This document shows positions 26,459 through 39,474 of a stretch of DNA of 64,000 bases, piece after piece. The stretch's first letter is position 1. The number at the start of each line of letters is the position of its first letter. Source of the DNA: Squalus acanthias. Taxonomy: Eukaryota. Location: positions 147,934,001 to 147,998,000 of the forward strand of contig CM059431.1 in NCBI GenBank assembly GCA_030390025.1. Direction: 5' to 3'. Under the pieces are notes generated by a model that worked only from the letters and a program-made list of their open reading frames with translations, did not search any database and was not told the origin of the DNA. The position numbers and the translations under genes were made by a program.

Positions 26459-29400
26459 TTAGAATCATAGAATCATAGAATCATAGAAGATAGGAGCAGG
26501 AGTAGGCCATTCGGCCCCGCTAGCCTGCTCCGCCATTCAATGCGATCATGGCTGATCATCCAAATTCAGTACCCTGTCCCTGCTTTCTTCCGATATCCCT
26601 TGATCCCTTTAGCCTTAAGAAATATATCCAACACCTTCTTGAATCTATTTAATGAATTGGCCTCTACTGCCTTCTGTGGCAGAAATTTCCACAGGTTCAC
26701 CACTCTCTGGGTGAAGAAATTCCTCCTCATTTCTGTCCTAAATGGCTTACCCCTTATCCTTAGACTGTGACCTCTGGTTCTGGACTCCCCGACCATCGGG
26801 AACATCCTTCCTGCATCAAGTTTGTCCTTCCTGTCAGAATTTTATAAGTTTCAATGAGATCCCCTCTCATTCTTCTAAACTCCAGCGAGTATAAGCCCAA
26901 TCGACCCAATCTTTTTTCATACGTCATTCCTTCCATCCCAGGTATCAGCATTGTGAATCTTCGCTGAATTCCTTCCATGGCAAGAACATCTTTCCTCAGA
27001 TGAGGCGAACAAAACTACACACAGTACTCAAGGTGTGGTCTCACCAAGGCCCTGTAGAACTGCAGCAAGACATCCTTGTTTCTGTACGCAAACCCTCTCG
27101 CTATGAAGGCCAGCATACCATTTGCCTTCTTTACCGCCTGCTGCACCTGCATGCTTACCTTCAGCGACTGGTGCACAAGAACACCCAGATCTCGTTGCAT
27201 TTCCCCTTCTCCCAATCTATTGCCATTCAGATAATAATCTGCCTTTCTGTTTTTGACACCAAAGTGGATAAGCTCGCATTTATCCACGTTATATTGCATC
27301 TGCCACGCTTCTGCCCAATCACCCAACCAGTCCAAAACATCCTGGAGTTTCTCGGCATCCTCCTCGCAGCACACACGCCCACCCAGTTTTGTGTCGTCTG
27401 CAAACTTGGAGATATCACATCTTGTTCCCTTGTCTACATCATTAATATATATTGTAAATAGCTGGGGTCCAAGGACCGATCCCTGTGGTACCCCACTAGT
27501 CACTGCCTGCCACTCGGAAAACGACCCGTTATTGCAACTCTTTGCTTTCTGTCAGCCAAACAGTTCTCTATCCAAGTCAATACCTTGCCCCCAATCCCAT
27601 GTGCCTTATCTTTACACGCTAATCTCTTATGCGGGACCTTATCAAAAGCCTTTTGGAAGTCCAAATACACCACATCCACTGGTTCTCCCTTATCTATTTT
27701 ACCAGTTACATCCTCAAAAAATTCTAGTAGATTAGTCAAGCATGATTTACCTTTTGTAAATCCATGTTGACTTTGTCCGATCCTGTCACTGTTTTTCAAG
27801 TGCTCAGCTATTACATCTTTTATAATGGACTCTAGCATTTTCCCCACTACCGATGTCTGGCTTACCGGTCTGTAATTCCCCGTTTTCTCTCTACTACCCT
27901 TTTGAATAGTGGGGTAACATGAGCTACCCTCCAATCCATGGGTACTGTTCCAGATTCCATCGAATGTTGGAAGATGATCAGCAATGCATCTACTATTTCT
28001 AGGGCCTCTTCCTTAAATACGCTTGGATGTAGATTATCAGGCCCTGTGGATTTATCGGCCTTCAATCCCTTCAATTTCCCTAACACCATTTCCCTACAAA
28101 TACTGATTTCTTTCAGTTCCTCCCTTTCATCAGACCCTATGTTCCCCAACATCTCTGGGAGGTTATTTGTGTCCTCCTTTGTGAAGACAGAACCAAAATA
28201 TGTATTTAATTGGCCTCACATTTCTTTGTTCCCCATTATAAGTTACCCTGATTCTGACTGCAAGGGAACTATGGTTGATTTCACTAATCTTTTTCGCTTC
28301 ACATATCTATAAAAGCTTTTAGAGTCAGTTTTTATGTTCCCTGGAAGCTTACTCTCGTATTCTAGTTTCCCCTTCTTAATCAATCCCTTTCTCCTACTTT
28401 GTTGAATCTTAAACTGCTCCCAATCCACAGGGTTACTGCTTTTTCTGGTCAATTTATAAGCCCTCTCCTTGGATCTTACGCTATCCCTAATTTCCCTTGT
28501 TAGCCACGGTTTAGTCACCCTTTTTGTTTTATTCTTATGACAAACTGGGACGAACAAATTCTGTAGTTCGCCCATGCGGTCTTTGAATGTTTGCCATTGC
28601 CTATCCACCGTCATCCCTTTGAGTGACATTCCCCAATCAATCCTACCCAACTCGCACCTCATACCATCGTAGTTTCATTTATTTAAATTCAGGACCCTAG
28701 TCTCTGAGTCAACTACTTCACTCTCCATCCTAATGAAGAATTCTTTCATATTATCATCGCTCCGACCCAAGGGGCTTCGCACAACAAGATTGCTAATTAA
28801 TCCTTTCACATTGCATAATATCCAGTCTAAGATGGCCTGATCTCTGTTTGGTTCCTCGACATATTGGTCCAGGAAAGCATGCCGTAAATACTCCAGGAAT
28901 TCCTCCTCCATAGTATTGTTACTAATTTGGTTAGCCCAATCTATATGTAGATTAAAGTCACCCATGATGACTGCTGTGCCCTTATTGCACGCTACTCTAA
29001 TTTCCCTTTGAATGCCATCCCCAACCTCCACATTACTGTTTCGTGGTCCATATATCACTCCCACTAACGTTTTCTGGCACTTGTTATTTCTCAGTTCAAC
29101 CCATACAGATTCCAGATCATCAGAGCTAATATCCTTCCTCTCAATTGTGTTAATCCCCTCTTTAACCAGCAATGCTACCCCAACTCACGTTCCTTTTTGC
29201 CTATATTTCCTGAATATTGAGTACACTTGGATGTTGAGTTCCCAGCCTTGGCCAACCTGGAGCCATGTTTCAGTAATCCCAATCAAAACATATTCGTTTA
29301 CCTCTATTTGCATAGCCAATTCAACCACCTTGTTCCGAATGCTCCTTGCATTAAGACACAAAGCCTTCAGGCTTGTTTTTTTAACGCTCTTAGACCTATT

Positions 29401-30710
29401 AGAAATAGTATTTACTGTGGCCATGTTTGATTTAAACCGTTGTTTTCTCTGACTGCCACTTTTGTTTTTCTCCTTCCTATCTTTTGCTTTTAGCCTTGTT
29501 TCCCTTTCCTCTGTTTCCCTGCTAAGGTTCCCAACACCCTGCCATTTTAGTTTAAACCCTCCCCCAGAGCTCTAGCAAACACTCCCCCAAGGACATCGGC
29601 CCCGGCCCTGCCCAGGTGTAGACCATGCGGTTTGTACTGGCCCCACCTGCCCCAGAACCGGTTCCAATGCCCCAGGAATTTGAATCCCTCCCCCTTGCAC
29701 CCTTCCTCTAGCCACGTATTCATTTGAAATATCCTTCTATTTCTACTCTGACTAGCACGTGGCACTGGTAGCAATCCTGAGATTACTACCTTTGTGCTCC
29801 TATTTTTTAATTTATCTCCTAACTCCCTATATTCTGCTTTTAGGACCTCATCCCGTTTTCTGCCTTTTTCGTTTATACCTATATGCAGCACGACAACTGG
29901 CTGTTCACCCTCCCCTTCCAAAATGCTCTGTAGCCGCTCTGAGACATCCTTGACCCTTGCATCAGGGAGGCAACATGCCATCCTGAAATCTCGTTTGCGG
30001 CCGCAGAAACGCCTATCTATTCCGCTTACAATAGAATCCCCTATCACTATAGCTCTCCCATTCTTTTTCCTCCCATCCTGTGCAGCAGAAATAGCTACGG
30101 TGCTAGGATGTTGGCTGCTGCTGTCTTCCCCTGATAAGCCATCTCCCTCAACAATATCCAAAGTGGTATATCTGTGTGAGATGGGGATGGCCACGGGGGA
30201 CCCCTGCACTACGTGCCTGCGCCTATTACTCTGCCTGGTGGTCACCCATTCCCTTCCTGCCTGTACACCCTTTACCTGCGGTGTGACCAACTCCCTAATC
30301 GTGCTATCCACGATGTCCTCAGCATCGCGATGCTCCAGTATTCATCCTTCCGCAGCTCCAGTGCCACAATGCGGACTGTCAGTAGCTGCAGCTGGATACA
30401 CCTCCTGCACACATGGGTTCAGGGACACAGGAAGTGTCCTTGATTTCCCACATAGTGCAGGAAGAGCCTGTCACAGCGCCGAGCTGTCCTGGCATGACTT
30501 ACCCTTTAATTAAAATAAAATTTAAATTAAATGGATCCCATCAATTACACTGGAATTAAGTGATATACTCAAGGGCCCTTGCTTAACAGTATTTCCCGCT
30601 ACACAAAGAGACCGCAGAAACCACAAAATTAAAGTTTACAAAAATTGAGAAAGAAAACACTCACCAAACGATCACTTACCTGCTTTTTGGTGACGTCACA
30701 CTACGAATAC
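26459..30710 (-). mobile_element. Near full-length CR1 LINE (ORF1 SGNH-esterase type, ORF2 endonuclease-RT), inactivated
   Basis: ORF1 29547-30311 (IVIGDSIV, VVLHIGIN, GLHL); ORF2 pieces LNARSIRNK, IMGDFN, YLDFQKAFDKVPH, FADDTKL; (tagaatca)n tail at 26460-26488; many frameshifts. Confidence 0.93.
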
Positions 30711-30714
30711 TTTT

Positions 30715-32660
30715 TACTCTAGTGTAAGTGCAGGTACAACTAAAAACAGAGGAGCTCGGTCACCTCTTGTGTAAGTATATGTAACACTAGTACATGAGGA
30801 GCACGGTCACCTCTAGTGTAAGTGTAGGTACCACTAGTGACAGAGAAGCACGGTCACCTGTAGAGTAAGTGTATGTAACACTAGTACATGAGGAGCACGG
30901 TCACCTCTAGTGTCAGTGTATGTAACACTAGTACAGCAGGAAAAGGCTCACCTCTAGTGTAAGTGTATTTAACATTACTACAGGAGGAGCAGGGTCAACT
31001 CTAGTGGAAGTGCATGTAAAACTGGTACAGGAGGAGCACGGTCACCTCTGGTGTAAGTGTATGTAACACTAGTACAGGAAAACCACGGTCACCATGAGTG
31101 TAAGTGTATGTAACTCCGGTACAGGAGAAGCACGGTCACCTCTGCTGTAAGTGTATGTAAATCTAGTACAGGAGAAGCACGGTCACCTCTAGTGTAAGTG
31201 AATGTAACACTAGTACAGGAGAAGCAAGGCCACCTCTAGTGTAAGTGTATGTAACACTAGTTTAGGAGGAGCACGGTCACCTCTGGTGTAAGTGTATGTA
31301 ACTCTGTTACAGGAGGAGCATGGTAACCTTTAGTGTAAGTGTATCTAACACTAGCACAGGAGGAGCACTGTCACCTCTATTGTAAGTGTATGTAACACTA
31401 GTACAGGAGGAGCACGGTCACCTCTAGTGTCAGTGTATGTAACACTAGTACAGGAAGAGCACGATTAACTCTAGTGTAAGTGTATGTAGCACTTGTACAG
31501 GAGGAGCTCGGTCACGTCTCGTGTAAGTGTATATAACACTAGTACAGGAGGAGCACTGTCACCTCGAGTGTAAGTGTATGTAACACGAGTACAGCAGGAA
31601 AAGGGTCACCTCTAGTGTAAGTGTATTTAACATTATTACAGGAGGAGCAGGGTCACCTCTAGTGTAAGTGTATTTAACACAAGTACAGGAGGAGCACGGC
31701 CACCTCTAGTGTAAGTGCATGTAAAACTAGTACAGGGGGAGAACGTTCACCTCTAGTGTAAGTGTATGTAACCCTGGTACTGGAGAAGCGCGGTCACCTC
31801 TGGTGTAAGTGTATGTAACACTAGTACAGGAGGAGCACGGTGCCCTCCAGTGTAAGTGTATGTAACTCTGTTACAGGAGGAACACGGTCACCTCTAGTGC
31901 AAGTGTATGTAAGTCTATTACAGGAGGAGCATGCTAACCTCTCGTGTAAGTGTAGGAAACACTAGTACAGGAGGGGCACGGTCACCTTCAGTGTAAGTTT
32001 ATGTAACACTAGTACAGGAGTAGCACGGTCACCTCTAGTGTAAGGGTATGTAACACTAGTAGAGGAGGAGCACGGTCACCACTAGATTAAGTGTATGTAA
32101 CACTAGTACAGGAGGAGCACGGTCACTTCTAGTGTCAGAGTATGTAACACTAGTACAGGAGGAGCATGGTCACCTCAAGTGTAAGCGTATGTAACACTAG
32201 TACAGGAAGAGCACAGTCACCTCAATTGTAAGTGTAGGTAACTCTAGTACCGGAGGAAAACGGTGACCTCTAGTGTAAGTGTCTGTAACACTAGTACAGG
32301 TGGAGCACGATTACCTCTTGTGTAAGCGTATGTAACACGAGTACAGGAGTAGCACGGTCACGTCTATTGTAAGTGTATGTAATAATAGTACAGGAGGAGC
32401 ACGGTCACCTCTTGTGTAATTGTATGTAACACTAGTACAGGAGTAGCACGGTCACCTCTATTGTAAGTGTATGTAACACTAGTAGCGGAAGAGCACGGTC
32501 ACCTCTAGAGTAAGTGAAGGTCACACTAGTACAGGAAGAGCACGGTCACCTCTAGTGTAAGTGTATTTAACACTAGTACACGAGGGGCACGATCACCTCT
32601 AGTGTTAGTGTATGTAACTCTAGTACAGGAGGAGCACGGACACCTCTTGTGTAAGTTTAC
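30715..32660 (+). repeat. 47-bp minisatellite (cacctctagtgtaagtgtatgtaacactagtacaggaggagcacggt)n
   Basis: About 41 visible tandem units; each carries an internal inverted repeat ctagtgt...acactag. Confidence 0.96.
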
Positions 32661-33063
32661 TGGAAAACTACTCTCTTATCTAGCATAAATGTAGCGGTAC
32701 CACTAGAACGGAGAATACGGTCGCCTGTAATGCAACCGGACTGGTGTAATCACAAATATTGCAAGATTGGTTTCACTGTCTGGAGTATTTGTTGCACTTG
32801 ATTTGAGGGAAGTGAAGGGTCCTGAGGTTGGCTCTCTTCACCAATTATAGGAATAGGGTCAGCACCAGTACTGGGAAATTTCACTTTCCACTTGTAAACA
32901 ATGTTTTAATCTTGTTTTTGACACTGACCAGTAACAATGTCAACGTGTTCTTTTTATGTGACGTGTCAGATACAAAATCTAATTACCTGATTCTATTTGT
33001 TAAACGACTGTAACTAATGCTAATTATGATTTAATTGATTGACTCCCTGAAGGATTGATGTGT

Positions 33064-33076
33064 GGATAAATATAGG
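33064..33076 (+). promoter_or_regulatory. Candidate TATA-like box of the GPCR gene
   Basis: ggataaatatagg about 80 bp upstream of ATG 33150; a similar gtaaataagg lies upstream of the second GPCR. Confidence 0.4.
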
Positions 33077-33149
33077 TTCCCTTCCATTGCATCAGCCGTG
33101 CGCCAGTCAGATTTTCAACTCCGACAGAATTCTTCTTTTCTCACAGAAA

Positions 33150-34576
33150 ATGGGGCGACCAATTATTCTGCTGATCAAAGAGATTTACTACCCGATTCTC
33201 GCTGCCGTCGTTGTCCTCGGTGAGCCAATGTAACCTGTTTGTTGTTAATCTGTCTTAACTGTCATCTTGTTCCTGCAGCCTGTTGGATAAGGTAACGTGT
33301 TTCCCGGATGTCAACATTACACAGTCGGTAGTTACCGGAACAAACTCGTGAACTGTGAGTCCGCACTTTCTGCTTTCCCTATAATGCGATAATTTTACTG
33401 ATGTTACAATAATCTTTGAAGGTCCAACACGGGATTTTAGCTGATTTCCGGACCGTCTTGTCACCCCGTGCAGAGTGGGCAGTACAGCGGTTCATCAAAA
33501 TGTGTGGGTGTGTTTCCCAGGTCATGGCTCCAATATTAATCCTGTTCTCACACTGCTCCATGTTGATAATCACACTGACTGGACTGAGATGCTCTCAACA
33601 GGTATTTCCATATCTATTTCAATCAGACACGGGGACATTATTTCTCTCCTCTCTCTTTCTTACAGCGAACATGGTGACAATTGTGATTCTCTCCCGAGGA
33701 AACTGCGGCCTTTCCAAGTGTATCTCGGTCTACATGGTGGCCATGGCAAAAGCGGATCTACTGGTCATGATCATTAATGTAATGGTGTATCGTATTTTCA
33801 GTTTTCACTTTCCACTTTCATTCCTGTCCCACACTCCCGTGTGTAGGCTAATTATATACATGGCTACTGTCACCTTCGATTTGTCTGTTTGGTTCACCGT
33901 CTCCTTCACGTTTGATCGATTTGTAGCTCTCTGCTACCAGAAGTTTAAAACGAGGTATTGGACCGAGAGATCTGCGACTGCGATTATAGCAACCTTCTCT
34001 GTTTTGAGTGGTTTTAAGGATATTCCATTTTTGTTTGCATATGAACCTCAGCAAATAATCAACAATCAACATTGGGGCTGCGGATCAAGTCTGGCTTTCT
34101 TTCACTCCCCTCTAGGTGTGGGGTACGTCTGGTTTCACAGCGCCTGGTTGGTTTGGCTTCCCTTTACTTTAATTCTCCTCTTTAATTCATTAACCGTCCG
34201 CCGTATTTTAGTGGCCAATAGAGCCCGCAGAGGACTGCGGGGTCACAGGACTGAGAATCACAGCGATCCAGAGATGGAGAGCCGGAGGAAATCCATCATT
34301 TTACTGTTCACTATATCGGGCAGTTTTATACTGTTGTGGTTGACAGCTGCCGTGAGTTTTGTAACTACCAGACTGACAAACACCAATTATTACCGAGGCG
34401 ATCACACAGACCCTGGATATATCGCCACGGAAGCCGGAACATTGCTGAAGTTTTTGAGCTGCTTTCAAAACCCGTGTATTTATGCAGCGACCCAGAGGAA
34501 ATTCAGAGCAGAGCTGAAGAATGTGGTGAAATCTCCCTGGACACTGATTCTGAGATTAGTTAGAAATAGCGGATAA
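33150..34576 (+). CDS. GPR139/GPR142-like class A GPCR, 2 exons (33150-33219, 33666-34576), 326 aa, intact
   Basis: Exon 1 MGRPIILLIKEIYYPILAAVVVL + G|gtgag; acceptor ctctctttcttacag|; phase-1 join gives ANMVTIVIL. Seven hydrophobic segments, AMAKADLL (TM2), FDRF (DRY position), TM3/ECL2 Cys, FILLW (TM6), NPCIY (TM7). The supplied ORF start at 33416 is intronic. Confidence 0.9.
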
Positions 34577-34717
34577 GTAGAATCAATCAAACAAAAACTT
34601 CTTTTTAACGCCAGCTCAATTTCAACTATGTTTCAATGGTGGACCATCCTCTGTTCTGGTAATGTGAACAATGGTTGAGTTCTCGTGTGAACATTCCTTC
34701 CATTCCCAGCACACGCA

Positions 34718-34875
34718 AGGCCCAGAAATTCATCTCGGGCGTTGGCGCTAAACGGGCGATACCGGATCGTGCCGCCTGATATTCAGTTTCATTGACTTCT
34801 AATCGCTTCCTATAACCGGCGAACGATCCGATACCGCCCGTTTTGCGCCACCGCTCGAGACGAATTTCTAGGCCC
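34718..34875. mobile_element. ~158-bp hairpin MITE (Harbinger-like TIR)
   Basis: ggcccagaaattcatctcgggcgttggcgctaaacgggcgatacc pairs with ...ataccgcccgttttgcgccaccgctcgagacgaatttctaggccc. Confidence 0.8.
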
Positions 34876-35789
34876 AATGGCTGCATTACTTTCCTTTTTC
34901 ACACTTCTTGTACTGGGTAAACATAATCTATCCCTGCAAATTCAGCACGTTTCATGTTTAGGGATCAAATTTAACAAGGATGAGGTTCAGTAGTAGAGCC
35001 GGCCGAATGGGCAACAGAGCAATCCGCCTTACACTACAGATGCTGGGATTGGGCGCGCCAGTTTAAAATTATCATTAAAGTTTCAAAACATGATTAAAGT
35101 TTAAATTGGTGCCGAAACAATTAAAGGACTTGTGATCGCCTATCTGTCCTGAAAGTTTGGTGTGAATATTGCAGGCGCGGGTCTCTCTATTGGACATCAT
35201 TCCTCATTCACAAATATATCGGGGCTCTTGTCATGTGCTAAGTGTTAGAATGAAGGAAACAGCCGGAACTTGGCTCATCGATGTGACCTTTCACCTCTTT
35301 TGTCCCAGATACTTACTTAAAATCTGGATTGTCCGCTGACTGGTGTCTCCCACTCAGCAAAATGCTGGAGTCTGCCTTGTTTTGTGTGTTCGATAGAAGA
35401 ATCATGAATAATAATAATGCTGTTCTGACTCAACCAGTATCCCAAACAAATTAGTGAAGGAATATCAAAATTAATGTTTTGTCATAAAGTTACTAACTGT
35501 TACAATTGTTGCAAGTTATCTGTAAATAACATTGCCTGGAATCAAGAAAAAATCGAACTGATATTAAGTATTCTGTGTTTGGCGGAACATTTGCAGACGG
35601 TCAGAAAGAATCTTTGGTATATCATCCTCTCAACTTATTGTATTGATATGGTTCTCCCTTGAACACTTCGCCTGAAATGCATCATAAACCCTCTTTTTTT
35701 GTTTCATCATCTTCTCTATCTCCGTCGTCATCCAAGGAGCCCTTGTTTTGGTTCCCTTACCCTTCCCTCTTGTTGGAATGTACCACGCA

Positions 35790-36470
35790 ACCGTCACTAT
35801 AACACTGATATATGGGACACCCCTCGCTGTAACACTCAGATATAACCGACGCCCTCACAGTAACACTATGATATAACCCACACCTCTCACTGTTACACTC
35901 TGATGTATTCCACTCCCCCGACTATAACACTCTGTTATAGCACACCCACCCTTCACTTTACCGGACCGCTATTCCCGATAGCCCTCACTGTAGCACCCTG
36001 ATATACCCCTTACAGTAGCATTCTGATATACCCCACACCCCTCACTGAAATACTCTGATACACCCCAAGCCCCTCAATGTAACACTCTAATATACCCCAC
36101 ACTACACAATGTAGCACTCTGATATACCCCACAACCCTCACTCTAACACTCTGATATTCCCCACACCCCTCACTGTAACACTCTGATATACCCCACACCC
36201 CTCACTGAAATACTCTGATATAGCCCAAGCCACTCAATATAACACTCTGATAGACCCCACACTACTCAATGTAACACTCTGATATAAACCACACAGCCTC
36301 ACTCTAACACTCTGATACATGCCTCACACTACTGTGACTCCCCCCACCAGTCACTGTAATACTGATATTACCCACATCCCTCACTCTAACCCTCTGATAC
36401 ATGCCACACTCTGGACTGTTACTCCCCTCACCAATAACTGTAATAATGATATACGTCGCACCACTCACTG
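35790..36470 (+). repeat. ~32-bp minisatellite (cactgtaacactctgatataccccacacccct)n
   Basis: Visible degenerate tandem units. Confidence 0.88.
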
Positions 36471-36910
36471 TTGCCACTGCCACATTAATCCCATGGGCTT
36501 CAACTTTGGTAATATATGGTACTTTATCAAGCACCTTTTGTAAGGATAGGGAATTTGGCAAAGTGTGAGTAGTATCAATCATAAAACCATAGAATTGGTG
36601 AGACAAGTTGTGTTGACAATTTGTTTGGCGGACCATGACGACCCGCACTGATCACAGGTCTTGCCTGGTTTCAATTATTGAATTTCAAAATCAGTGATTT
36701 TAATCCCATTTTATTTTTTATATTTATTTGTTCTCAGGATATGGGTGAAGCTGTCAAGACCGGGATTACATTCTCATCCCTAGTTACCCATGAGCAAATG
36801 GTGGGCCTTCATCTTGAGCCGCTGCAGTCCGTGTGGTGAACGTGTTACTGTTACGGAAGGAATTTTATGCTTTTGACCCAGTCCCGATGAAGGAACGGCG
36901 ATATATTTGA

Positions 36911-37324
36911 AGGCTGCAGTAGCATAGTGGTTATGTTGCTGAACAAGTAAATAAGATGCCGGGACGAATAATCCTGAGTTGAAATCCCACCAGCTGGGGA
37001 ATTTAAATACAATTCATCAATCAAATCTGGAAAAAAGATTGCGTCAGTAATGGTGACCATGAAACGACCGGATTGTCGTAACAACACATCTGGTTCACTA
37101 TTGTCCTTTACGGAAGGACGTCTGCCGTCCTTATATATTGTGTCCAAAATGTGACTCCAGACCAACAGCAATGTCGTTGTCTCTTCGCTGCCCTCTGAAA
37201 TGGCCATACAAGCCACTCAGTTGTCTTAGGTGGCTCACCACCACCTTCTCCTGGACAATTATGGATGGGCAATAAATGGTGGCCTTGCCAGCGACATCCA
37301 CATCCCAAGAATGAATTTAAAAAA
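36911..37324 (+). mobile_element. tRNA-derived SINE, HE1-like
   Basis: A-box-like tagcatagtgg and B-box-like gttgaaatccc; 3' tail (ctcaccaccaccttctc...gatgggcaataaatg..ggccttgccagcgac...A-tail) matches the 3' end of the adjacent HER1-like LINE fragments. Confidence 0.7.
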
Positions 37325-37374
37325 TGATTAATTAATGTTCATAATGATTTACAAAGGGTTATACTGTATTATTT

Positions 37375-38280
37375 TATTTTATTCGTTTATGGATATGGGT
37401 GTCGCTGGCAAGGCCAGCATTTGTTGCCAATCCCTAATTGCCCTTGAGAAGGTGGTGGTGAGTCACCTTCTTAAACCGCTGGAGTCCCGTGTGGTGAAGT
37501 TACTGTTACAGTACTTTTAGGTAGGGACTTCCAGGATTTTGACCAAGCGATGATGAAGGTTCGGTGATATAATTCTAAGTCAGGATGGTGTGTGACTTGG
37601 AGGGGTACTTGGTGGTGATGGTGTTACCATGCGCATGCTGCCCTTGTCCTTCTAGGTGGAAGAGTTTGCGGGTGGGAGGCGCTGCCGAAGAAACCGTGGT
37701 GAGTTGCTACAGTGTATCCTGTAAATGGTACACTCTGCAGCCACGGTTCGCTGGTGAAGGAGGGAGTGAATGTTTAAGGTGGTAGGTGGGGTGCCAATCA
37801 AGCAGGCTGCTTTGTCCTGGATGGTGTTGCATTATTCAAGTGGCTGGACCAGATACGTTTCTGGTCAATGGTGACCCGCAGAAAGTTGATGGTGGGGGTC
37901 TCCGCGATGGTAATGCCATTAAATGTCAAGGATCGTTAGTTAGAGTCTCGCTTGTTGGAGATAGGCATTGCCTGGCAATTGTGCGGTGCAAATGTTAACT
38001 TCCACTAATCAGACCAAGCCTAAACGTCGTCCAGGTCCCGTTGCATGCGGGCATGGACTGCTTCATTATCTGAGGAGATGTGAATGGCACTGAACAATGT
38101 CCTGTCATCAGTGAACATCCTCATTTCTGACCTTCTGTTGGAGGTAAGGTCATTGATGAAGCAGCTGAAGATGGTTTGGCCCAGGACACTGCACTGATGA
38201 ACTCCTGCAGCGATGTCCTGGGGATGTGATGATTGACCTTCAACCACCACAACTATCTTGCTTTGTGCTAGGTATGACTA
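37375..38280 (-). mobile_element. HER1-like LINE 3' fragment, copy A (internal deletion near 37830)
   Basis: RT remnant GVHQCSVLGQTIFSCFINDL...FTDD; 3' tail shared with the SINE. Confidence 0.8.
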
Positions 38281-38420
38281 AGGATTATGATGTTTTATTA
38301 ATGGTCATAATGATTTATAAATGGTTATGATGTTTTATTAATGGTCATAATGATTTACAAGTTGTTATTAAGTTTTGTTAATGGTCATAGTGATTTATAA
38401 AGGGTTATAATGTATTTTTT
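38281..38420 (+). repeat. AT-rich ~40-bp repeat (ggttatgatgttttattaatggtcataatgatttataaa)
   Basis: 3-4 units here; same repeat at 37325-37375, 47085-47212 and 51365-51468. Confidence 0.8.
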
Positions 38421-39474
38421 ATATTCGTTTATGGTCTGTGGGTGTCGCTGGCAAGGCCAGCATTTGTTGCCCATCCGTAACTGCCCTTGAGAAGGTGGTG
38501 GTGAGCCGCCTTCTTGAACCGCTGCAGTCCGTGTGGTGAAGGTATTCCCTCAGTGCTGTTAGGATGGGAGTTCCAAGATTTTGACCTTGCGACGATGAAG
38601 GATCGGTGATATAATTCTAAGTGAGGATGGTGTGTGACTTGGAGGGTAACTTGGAGGTGGTGGTGTACCCATTCTCCTGCTGCCCTTGTCCTTCTAGGTG
38701 GAAAGGTTTTCAGGACTGGGAGGTGCTGCCGAAGAAGCTTTGGTGAGTTGCTGCAGTAGATGGCAAACACTGCAGCCACGGTACGCCGGTGGTGGAGGGA
38801 GTGAATGTTTAAGGTTGTAGATGGGGTGCCAATCAAGCGAGCTGCTTTGTCCTGGATGTTGTCGAGCTTCTTGATTGTTGTTGGAGTTGCACTCATCCAG
38901 GCAAGTGGAGAGTATTCCCTTACATTCCTTACTTGTACCTTATGGTTGGTAGAAAGGCTTTGGGGAGTCAGGAGGTGAGACACTCGCCGCAGAATATCTA
39001 GCTTCTGACCTGCTCTTGTTGGCACAGTATTCATGTGGCTGGTCCAGTTACGTTTCTGATCAATTGTGAACCCCAGGATGTTGATGGTGGGGGATTCGCC
39101 GATGGTAATGCCATTGAATGTCAAGGAGCGGTGGTTAGAGTCTCGCTTGTTGGAGTTAGTCTAGGCCTGACACTTCTGTGGGGCGAATGTTACCTGCCAC
39201 TAATCAGCTCAAGACTGAACGTCGTCCAGATCTTGTTGCATGCGGGCATGGACTGCTTTATTATATGAGGAGTTGTGAAGAGCACTGAACACTTTGCAGT
39301 ATTCAGCGAGCATCCCCATTTCTGCCCTTTGTTGGAGGGAAGATCATTGATGAAGCAGCTGATGATGGTTGTGCCTAGGACACTGCCCTGAGGAACTCCT
39401 ACAGCGATGTCCTGGGGTTGTGATGATTGACCTTCAACCACCATAACCATCTTCCTTTGTGCTAGGTATGACTA
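38421..39474 (-). mobile_element. HER1-like LINE 3' fragment, copy B
   Basis: GVPQGSVLG; C-terminal ORF 38429-39124 (VREYSPLAW, IQDKAARLI); same 5' breakpoint ctttgtgctaggtatgacta as copy A. Confidence 0.85.

Noticed and set aside
33416..33665. Long N-terminal extension of the 386-aa GPCR ORF
   Set aside because: Intronic: begins at a non-ATG codon and ends in a polypyrimidine tract plus AG; the true exon 1 is 33150-33219.
33150..34576. Assigning the symbol GPR139
   Set aside because: Family-level resemblance only; a divergent paralog is in the same window and orthology needs a phylogeny.
36911..36995. tRNA gene
   Set aside because: Only degenerate A/B boxes heading a SINE; no cloverleaf is discernible.
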